From contig NZ_JANMWL010000073.1 of NCBI RefSeq assembly GCF_031393925.1, positions 1 to 59,659 of the forward strand: 59,659 nucleotides of DNA. The letters are read 5' to 3'. A program made the position numbers and the translations under genes. Below are positions 52,697 to 59,659 of this stretch, piece by piece. The stretch comes from Methylibium sp. (GTDB lineage Bacteria > Pseudomonadota > Gammaproteobacteria > Burkholderiales > Burkholderiaceae_C). How positions within the stretch are numbered: position 1 is the first letter of the stretch; each line of letters starts with the position of its first letter. Under the pieces are notes generated by a model. It saw only the letters and a program-made list of their open reading frames with translations, had not been told where the DNA came from and searched no databases.

Positions 52697-54613
52697 TCAG
52701 GCGCGCGGTGGCAACAACAGCGTGATGCCCCAGCCCTCGTCCTGCGGGCCGCTGGTCAGTTCGGCCGACAGGGCCTGGGCGCGGCGCTGCATGTTGGCCA
52801 GACCCCGGCCGCCGCGCAACATGGACTGCGGCACGAACAGCGGCAACGTGGCGGGGCTCTCCAGGTCGGGCTGTTGCACGCCGTTGTCGACCACCGCGAG
52901 CGACAAGGCGCCATTCGCGCGCGACTCGAGGCGCAGCCATACGACGCTGGCATGGGCGTGCTTGAGTACGTTGGTGAGCGCCTCGCGCACGATGCGCAGC
53001 ACATGCAGCGTGTCGGCGGCGGGCAGCTCGACGGTGCTGGCGGCGTCGGCCACCTGCCAGACCAGTCGCACGCCCGAAGCACGCAGCGAGGGTTCGACGC
53101 GAAAGCGCAGCTCGGCCAGCGCTTCGATCAACGGGCGCCGGTCGTGCTCGAGCGAATCGAGCGCCAGGCGCAGCTCGACCAGGCAGTCTTCGAGCGTGAG
53201 TTTCAGGTCGCGCAGCGGCTCGTCGACCTGACGCGCGGCGCCGCCCTGCGGCGCCGCGGACTGACGCGACACCTGCGAGGTCAGCGCAAGCGCGGCCACC
53301 AGCCGGCCGCCCAGCCCGTCGTGCATCTCGCGCAGGATGCGGTCGCGTTCGGCCAGTACCGCCTGCTCGCGCTCGCGCTCGCGCGTGGCTTGGAAAGCGG
53401 CCTGCAACTCGCGTTCCTTTTGCGCCACGCGGTCCTGCAATTCGCGGTTGAGGCCGCGCAGCGCGGTGCCGGAACGCTCGAACTCGTCGACCAGCAGCCA
53501 GGCCAGCACCGCCAGCAGCAGCAGGATGATGTAGCGCGCCCAGGTCAGCTCGCCGTAGTCGTACAGCACGCGCAGCACCCAGAAATCGCGTGTACCGAGC
53601 ACCACGCTGACCGCCGCCACCGCGCTGAGCAGCAGCGCCGACAAGGTGCGCTCGCGCCAGGCGGTGGCCAGCAGCACCGCCGTGAGCCACGCCGCCGTGG
53701 CCAGGGTGCCCCCCTGCACCAGCGTGCGCAGCAGCGGCGCATTGAGGACCCAGCCGCCGATGCTGATGAGCAGGGCGAGCAGCGCCCATGCGGCCAGCCA
53801 GCGGCGGGCGCGGTCGCTGTCGCGGCCGACGGCATCGAGCGCATACAACGCCATCAGCGCCACGAACCAGGCGTAGGAGGCGTCGAACAAGACCGTGCCA
53901 TAGGGCGTCCAGGCGTCGCCCGTGGAAAGCTGCATGCCCGAGAGCCGCCACGCCCACAACAGGCTGGCCACGCCGAAGTAGGCATAGCCGGTGCGCCGCA
54001 CGCGCCAGGCGAGCAGCAAGGCGAGCGAGCCCATCACCGCGGCCGCGGCGCTGAGCACCCAGGTGCCACGCACCTGCCGGTTGGTCAGCTCGGTGTGCAG
54101 GGGCTCGATCTCGTCGAGCGGGCCCACCCACACGGCGGACAGGCCGGCGTCGCGCCGCGGCTCGCCGATGACTTCGATCTCGACGCTGTTGGCGCTGCGC
54201 CCGAGCAAGGCCCGCGGCAGCGGCAACAGCACCGGCGCCTGCGAAAAATCGGGCAGCGCGCGGCCGCTGCCCGGCGGCGGTGGCGCACCGACCGACAGCA
54301 GCGCTTGGCCATTGAGCTCGATGCGAAACAGGTTGCCGACGCGCGGCACGAACAGCGCCGATTGCGGCGAACGCAGCGCGGCGTCGGGCAGCGCCAGCCG
54401 GTAGCGCACGGCGCCCGCACGGTTGGGCGCGCTGGCTTCCCAGGCGTCGGGCAAGCGAACGGGACGCGCGCTCCCGGCTTCGACGAGCTGCGCTTGCCGC
54501 AGTTCGCGGGCCTGGCGGCCCGGTCGCGCCTCGCCGGCACAGCCCTCCAGCGCCACCGCCAGCACCGCCGCGGCCAGCGCCAATGCCAGCGCGGCGCAGC
54601 GGCGCAGGGTCAC
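52697..54613 (-). CDS. Multi-TM sensor histidine kinase (HisKA_3/NarX-like) with periplasmic domain
   Basis: ERDRILREMHDGLG, REALTNVLKHA, DNG, GRGLANMQRRA; about 7 TM segments. Confidence 0.9.
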   Translation of the reverse strand: MTLRRCAALALALAAAVLAVALEGCAGEARPGRQARELRQAQLVEAGSARPVRLPDAWEASAPNRAGAVRYRLALPDAALRSPQSALFVPRVGNLFRIELNGQALLSVGAPPPPGSGRALPDFSQAPVLLPLPRALLGRSANSVEIEVIGEPRRDAGLSAVWVGPLDEIEPLHTELTNRQVRGTWVLSAAAAVMGSLALLLAWRVRRTGYAYFGVASLLWAWRLSGMQLSTGDAWTPYGTVLFDASYAWFVALMALYALDAVGRDSDRARRWLAAWALLALLISIGGWVLNAPLLRTLVQGGTLATAAWLTAVLLATAWRERTLSALLLSAVAAVSVVLGTRDFWVLRVLYDYGELTWARYIILLLLAVLAWLLVDEFERSGTALRGLNRELQDRVAQKERELQAAFQATREREREQAVLAERDRILREMHDGLGGRLVAALALTSQVSRQSAAPQGGAARQVDEPLRDLKLTLEDCLVELRLALDSLEHDRRPLIEALAELRFRVEPSLRASGVRLVWQVADAASTVELPAADTLHVLRIVREALTNVLKHAHASVVWLRLESRANGALSLAVVDNGVQQPDLESPATLPLFVPQSMLRGGRGLANMQRRAQALSAELTSGPQDEGWGITLLLPPRA

Positions 54614-55338
54614 GCCCAGCCGGGGCGTGTGAGCGCCTGCCCCGTGGCGCGAGCCCGCTGGCCGAGCTGCAGCTTGCGGTACACGTTGCGCACCGACGTG
54701 GCGACCGCGTTGGGCGTGGTGAGCAGGCGCTCGGCGATCTCTTCGCCGACATAGCCCTGCGCTACCAGCCGCAGCACCTCGACTTCGCGCGCGCTGATCT
54801 CGTGCTCGCGGGGCTTGGGCTCGCTGAAGTCCATGATGCCGCTCAGGGTGGCCGCGTCGCTGTCGTGGAAGCCCGAATCGCGAAAGCTCGAATCGGTATA
54901 GCCGTCGTCCTTGAAGCGCTTAAGCAGATGGCGGGCGATGGCCGGCGAGATCGGCGACTCGCCGCGTGCGGCCTGCTGCACCGCACGCACCAGTTCGTCA
55001 GCGGTGCAGCCCTTGAGGAAGTAGCCGTCGGCGCCGGCCTCGATGGCATGGATCACGCGCGCCTCGTCTCCAAACACCGAGAACACCAGGATGTGCGGAT
55101 GCCACACGCCCTCGGAGGCCGGTGCGTGGCTCAACTCGCCGATGAGCTCGGTGCCATCGCCATCGGGCAGGCCCAGGTCGGACAGCAGCACGTCGGGGCG
55201 GCACTGCGGCAGCTCGATGCGCGCAATGCTCAGGCGGCTGGCATGGCCGACGCAGCGGATGCCGGGCGCCTCGTTGAGCGTGTCGCGCACATGCCGCGAC
55301 ACCAGCGGGTCGTCCTCGACCAGATAGACCTTCAGCAC
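54610..55338 (-). CDS. NarL/LuxR-family response regulator
   Basis: GAGGAG RBS before GTG 55338; LVEDD, DLGLPDGDG, GADGYFLK, ISAREVEVL..VYRKL. Confidence 0.9.
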   Translation of the reverse strand: MLKVYLVEDDPLVSRHVRDTLNEAPGIRCVGHASRLSIARIELPQCRPDVLLSDLGLPDGDGTELIGELSHAPASEGVWHPHILVFSVFGDEARVIHAIEAGADGYFLKGCTADELVRAVQQAARGESPISPAIARHLLKRFKDDGYTDSSFRDSGFHDSDAATLSGIMDFSEPKPREHEISAREVEVLRLVAQGYVGEEIAERLLTTPNAVATSVRNVYRKLQLGQRARATGQALTRPGWA

Positions 55339-55501
55339 GCTGACTCCTCGGCAAGAATTCGCTTCATGGGATGAGTCGCGATTCTCGGCAGGGACGCTCG
55401 TGTTGACCAGTCCCACGACTCGGGGGCAACCCTCATGACAGCGACCGAGTGCTTAGCGGGTGCGCCGGCATGCGCCAGGCAGCAGCCGACGGCGGCCGAC
55501 C

Positions 55502-56410
55502 TCACGGCCCCGCGCCTCCCGTACCGAAGAAGCCCGCCAGCTCGCTGGCCGTCAGCTGCGGCAGCTCTTCGGGGATGAAATGGCCCGCCGCGACGGCGCG
55601 GCCGGTGACCGCGCCGTCGCAGGCGGCGCGCCAATCGGCCAGCGGCTGGAACAGCCGCGCCACCACGCCGCGCTCGCCCCACAGCACATGCAGGTCGCAG
55701 GCCACGCGCTGCCCCGACGCACGCGAGGCACGGTCGTGTACCAGGTCGATGGAAGCCGCCGCGCGGTAGTCCTCGCAGGCGCCGTGGACGCCCTCGGGCG
55801 TGCAGAAGCCGGCTTCGTAGTCGGCCAGCGCCTCGGGCTCGACGAAATCGAGCCCGCCCTGCCCGCCCCAGCCCGACAGCGTCCAACGCAGGTACCAGCG
55901 CGCATCGGCGCCGATCTGCCGCTCGGGCAGCGGCTGCGGCTGGATGAGATAGAACCAGTGGTAGTAGGCGGTAGCGAAGGCCATGTCGGTGCGCTCGTAC
56001 ATGGTGAGCGTGGGCGCGATGTCGATCACGCACAGCTTGGCGACCGCGCCGGGATGGTCGAGCGCCAGCCGATGCGCGACGCGCCCGCCGCGGTCGTGGC
56101 CGGCGACGAAGAAGCGCTCGTGGCCGAGTGCGCGCATCAACCCCAGCACGTCGGCGGCCATTGCGCGCTTGCTGTAGTTGGCGTGGTCGCTCGCGCCCGC
56201 CGGCTTGGCCGAGCGGCCGTAGCCGCGCAGGTCGGGCATGACGAGGCAGTAGTGCCCGGCCAGTTGCTGCGCCACCCGGTGCCACATCACGTGCGTCTCG
56301 GGGTAGCCGTGCAGCAGCAGCAAGGGCGGGCCGTCAGGGCGCCCGCCGGTGCGCACGAACAGCGTCGTGCCGTTGACCGCCATCGCCCGCCCATCGATGC
56401 CATCGAACAT
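55502..56410 (-). CDS. Alpha/beta-hydrolase, haloacetate (fluoroacetate) dehalogenase-like
   Basis: LLLHGYPETHVMW, YSKRAMA, nucleophile motif GHDRGGR, YYHWFY, EDYRA, GHFIPEE. Confidence 0.85.
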   Translation of the reverse strand: MFDGIDGRAMAVNGTTLFVRTGGRPDGPPLLLLHGYPETHVMWHRVAQQLAGHYCLVMPDLRGYGRSAKPAGASDHANYSKRAMAADVLGLMRALGHERFFVAGHDRGGRVAHRLALDHPGAVAKLCVIDIAPTLTMYERTDMAFATAYYHWFYLIQPQPLPERQIGADARWYLRWTLSGWGGQGGLDFVEPEALADYEAGFCTPEGVHGACEDYRAAASIDLVHDRASRASGQRVACDLHVLWGERGVVARLFQPLADWRAACDGAVTGRAVAAGHFIPEELPQLTASELAGFFGTGGAGP

Positions 56411-56498
56411 GTCGCTCTCCTTGTCGAGTGCCCGGTGCGCGCGCGGCGCGCTCGCAATACCCATGGCTACACTGCCGCAACCCAAACGCCCCGACGCC

Positions 56499-59400
56499 AT
56501 GCAAGGTCAGCTGTTCAGCCAGGATTTCTTGCACCGGGGCATTCGCGATACACCCCCGTGGCAGGAACTGGGCGACGCTGCCCTGCAGGCCTTCAGCGCC
56601 GCGCTGCGCGGCATCTTCGCACCGCTTGCCGCGCACTCCGCGCTCAACGAGGCACAGACCGAGCAACTCGTGATCGAGCGCGTGCTGGTCGAACTCGGCT
56701 GGGGCGATGACTACCTGCCGCAAGTCAACCTGTCGAAGACGCGGCGCGAAGACGTGCCCGACGTGCTGCTGTTTTCCGACGCCGCCTCCAAGGGCCAGGC
56801 ACTCGCCGAAAGCAAGGACGACCGTCGCTACCGGCATGGCCTGGCGATCCTGGAAGCCAAGCGCTGGCGGCGCCCGCTCGACCGCGGCGACGGCTCCGAC
56901 GCCACCGACCCGGGCGCGCCCTCGTCGCAGATGCTGCGTTACCTCAGCCGCGTCGACGTCGTCTCCGACCGCCGCATCAAGTGGGGCATGTTGACCAACG
57001 GTGCGGTATGGCGGCTTTACTGGCAAGACGCCCGCTCTCGCGCCGAGGAGTTCTTCGAGATCGACCTCGCCTCGATGCTCGGCGTACACGGCACGCAGCC
57101 CGCGCTCGACGACCCCGCGCCCGAGCACGGCCTGAAGCTGTTTTTCCTGCTGTTCAACCGCGCCGCCTTCCTGGCGCAGAGCTGGGACAACGCCGCCCGC
57201 ACCTTGCACGCCTATGCGCTGAGCGAAGCGCGGCTCTACGAAGAAAAGGTCTCGCAGGACCTCGGCGCGCGCGTGTTCGAAGACATCTTTCCGCGCCTGG
57301 CCGACGCGCTGGCGCGCGGCGATTTGCAGGCACGCCGGCAGCAAGTCGGCTACGGCCAGTTCACCCGCCAGCAGTTCACCCGCGACTACCTCGAAGAGGT
57401 GCGCGAGGCCGCGCTGGTGTTGCTCTACCGCCTGCTGTTCCTGTTCTATGCCGAAGACCGGCTGCTGCTGCCGGTGCGCGATGCGCGCTACGCCCCCTAC
57501 AGCGTGCGTGCGCTGCGCGAGCGCGTGCGCGACGACGTCGACGCCGGCCGGGTGTTCTCACGCCAGATGGAGAAGGTCTGGCTCGACTTGAAAGGCGCGT
57601 TCTCGCTGATCGACCTGGGCGACGACACCATCGGCATGCCGGCCTACAACGGCGGCCTGTTCGACCGCGCCCGCTCGCCGCTGCTGGCGCGCACGCGGGT
57701 GCCCGACGCCGTGATGGCGCCGATCATCGACGCGCTGTCGCGCCGCACCGACGACTCGCAGCGCCTGTGGATCAACTACCGCGACCTCTCGGTTTCGCAC
57801 CTCGGCGGCATCTACGAGCGCCTGCTCGAATACACGCTGGTCCACCAGGTGCAGGCCGCCGACGATTACCGCGACAAGCCCGAGATCGACCGCCTGGCCG
57901 CCACGCCGGCCAGCTTTGCGCGCAAGGTCTCCGGCAGCTACTACACGCACGACGACCTGGTGCGGCTGATCCTGCGCGAGTCGGTCGGCCGGCTCGCCGA
58001 CGAGCGCGTCGAGCGCTTCGAGGCGCAGCTCGCCAAGTGGAAGGGCAGGCACGCGCTGACCACCGCGCAGTGGGAACTGCTCGACGGCAGCGACGGCGCC
58101 GGCCAGCGCGACTCGCTCGACCCGGCGACGCAAATCCTCGAACTGACGGTCTGCGACCCGGCCATGGGCAGCGGCCACTTTCTCGTCTCGCTGGTCGACC
58201 ACCTGGCCGACCGCGTGCTCGAAGCCGCCGCCGCGGCCTCGCTCGCCGTCAATGCCCAGCCCTGGGCCGCGCACCTCGCGGAGCGCGACAACCCGTGGCA
58301 GAGCCCGGTCACCGCGCGCATCGCGCACATCCGCCGCAGCATCAAGCAGACCGCTAAAGCGCGCGGCTGGGCCGTCACCGATGCGCAGCTCGACGACCGC
58401 CACATCGTGCGGCGCATGGTGCTGAAGAAGTCGCTGTTCGGCGTCGACAAGAACCCGATGGCCGTGGAGCTAGCCAAGACCGCGCTGTGGCTGCACACCT
58501 TCACCGTCGGCGCGCCGCTGTCCTTCCTGGACCACCACCTCAAGCGCGGCGACTCGCTGCACGGCGAGCGGCTCGGCGCCGTGCAGCGGGGCCTGCAGGC
58601 GCTCGGCATGCTGTTCCAGCAGGGCGAGCTGCAGCGGCTCGACGTCGCGGCGCGCGGCCTGACCCAGGTGGCCGACCTGACCGACATCGACATCGCCGAG
58701 GCCAATCTCTCCAAGCAACTCGCGGCCGAGGCCGCCACGCAGGTCGCACCGCTGCACGCCCTGCTCGACTTCTGGCGTGCGCTGCGCTGGCTGCTGCCGG
58801 GCTGGCCGGTCGACGCGGCCAAGCGGCTCGCCAAGCTCGGTGATGAAACCATGCGCAGCGCGCTGCTGGAGCTGCTGTCGCCGGGCCGCAACCTGGTGGC
58901 CGCACTCGCCGCTGGCCACATCGACGGCAAGGGCGCGGGCGTCGATGCCGCGAACGCGCTGCTGGCCCGCTGCCGCGCGCTCGCCGCCGAAGAAACTTTC
59001 TTTCACTGGTGGACCGCCTTCCCCACCGTCTTCAAGGCCGACGGCAGCGGTGGCTTCGACGCGGTGGTCGGCAACCCGCCCTGGGACCGCATCAAGCTGC
59101 AGCAGGTCGAATGGTTTGCCGAGCGTGAGCCGACCATCGCCGCCCAGCCGCGCGCCGCCGACCGCAAGCGCCTGATCGCCGAACTGGAGGAAAAGAAGGC
59201 GCCGCTGTGGGCCGACTACGCGCAGGCGATGGAGCGCGCCGAGGCCAACGCCCGCGTGCTGGCCAAGGCCGGCGATTACCCGCTGCTCGGCGGCGGCGAT
59301 GTCAACCTCTACAGCCTGTTCGTCGAGCGGGCGCAGGCGCTCGTGCGGCCCGAGGGCATCGTCGCGCTGCTGACGCCGAGCGGCATCGCGGCCGACAAGG

Positions 59401-59659
59401 GCGCGGCCGAGTTCTTCAAGAGCATCTCGACGACGCAGCGGCTCGGGGCTTTGTACGACTTCGAGAACCGCCACAACCCCGGCGGCAGCTTCTTCCCGGA
59501 TGTCGACTCGCGCTTCAAATTCACGACATTGGTGTTCGGTGGGGCGCAGCGCCGGTTTGAGCGCAGCCATTGCGCCTTCTACCTGCACCGGCTCGAAGAC
59601 CTGGACGACGCGCAGCGCGTGCTCGCCCTGACGGCCGAGGACTTCCGACTCCTCAACCC
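56499..59659 (+). CDS. Type IIG (Eco57I-like) fused restriction endonuclease / N6-adenine methyltransferase, truncated by the window end
   Basis: Reads open from ATG 56499 (absent from the ORF track, consistent with no stop before the end): NEAQTE, PDVLLF..ILEAK (PD-D/ExK), LTNG, YNGGLF, LGGIYERLL, SGSYYT, CDPAMGSGHFL, FDAVVGNPPW. Confidence 0.88.
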   Translation, partial: MQGQLFSQDFLHRGIRDTPPWQELGDAALQAFSAALRGIFAPLAAHSALNEAQTEQLVIERVLVELGWGDDYLPQVNLSKTRREDVPDVLLFSDAASKGQALAESKDDRRYRHGLAILEAKRWRRPLDRGDGSDATDPGAPSSQMLRYLSRVDVVSDRRIKWGMLTNGAVWRLYWQDARSRAEEFFEIDLASMLGVHGTQPALDDPAPEHGLKLFFLLFNRAAFLAQSWDNAARTLHAYALSEARLYEEKVSQDLGARVFEDIFPRLADALARGDLQARRQQVGYGQFTRQQFTRDYLEEVREAALVLLYRLLFLFYAEDRLLLPVRDARYAPYSVRALRERVRDDVDAGRVFSRQMEKVWLDLKGAFSLIDLGDDTIGMPAYNGGLFDRARSPLLARTRVPDAVMAPIIDALSRRTDDSQRLWINYRDLSVSHLGGIYERLLEYTLVHQVQAADDYRDKPEIDRLAATPASFARKVSGSYYTHDDLVRLILRESVGRLADERVERFEAQLAKWKGRHALTTAQWELLDGSDGAGQRDSLDPATQILELTVCDPAMGSGHFLVSLVDHLADRVLEAAAAASLAVNAQPWAAHLAERDNPWQSPVTARIAHIRRSIKQTAKARGWAVTDAQLDDRHIVRRMVLKKSLFGVDKNPMAVELAKTALWLHTFTVGAPLSFLDHHLKRGDSLHGERLGAVQRGLQALGMLFQQGELQRLDVAARGLTQVADLTDIDIAEANLSKQLAAEAATQVAPLHALLDFWRALRWLLPGWPVDAAKRLAKLGDETMRSALLELLSPGRNLVAALAAGHIDGKGAGVDAANALLARCRALAAEETFFHWWTAFPTVFKADGSGGFDAVVGNPPWDRIKLQQVEWFAEREPTIAAQPRAADRKRLIAELEEKKAPLWADYAQAMERAEANARVLAKAGDYPLLGGGDVNLYSLFVERAQALVRPEGIVALLTPSGIAADKGAAEFFKSISTTQRLGALYDFENRHNPGGSFFPDVDSRFKFTTLVFGGAQRRFERSHCAFYLHRLEDLDDAQRVLALTAEDFRLLN

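Overview
GC-rich (roughly 70% by eye) betaproteobacterial chromosomal segment; gene content and order suggest Burkholderiales. Mostly housekeeping genes (rep, priA, hemE, creBC, lemA, rpoN-lptB-lptA, dsbA, argS, aceB, pyrF, purB) mixed with accessory genes: a RavA/ViaA-like pair, DUF2339/DUF3999, VapBC, a LytS/LytTR system, an ECF sigma/anti-sigma pair, two dehalogenase families, three gene remnants and a type IIG restriction-modification gene that runs off the right end. Best candidate system: right after creBC, where creD normally lies, a triple cre-tag (TTCAC-N6-TTCAC-N6-TTCAC) precedes a four-gene cluster encoding a VIT-vWA protein with a TPEP sorting tail, its exosortase, an EpsI-like partner and a GT51 peptidoglycan transglycosylase, suggesting a CreBC-controlled envelope-stress protein-anchoring module. 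Also notable: ATGA-bounded mini-elements that keep translational coupling at gene junctions, a structured interspersed repeat with covarying stems, and a DnaA-box/IHF cluster between priA and hemE. All family calls come from motif recognition by eye; no database searches were run.
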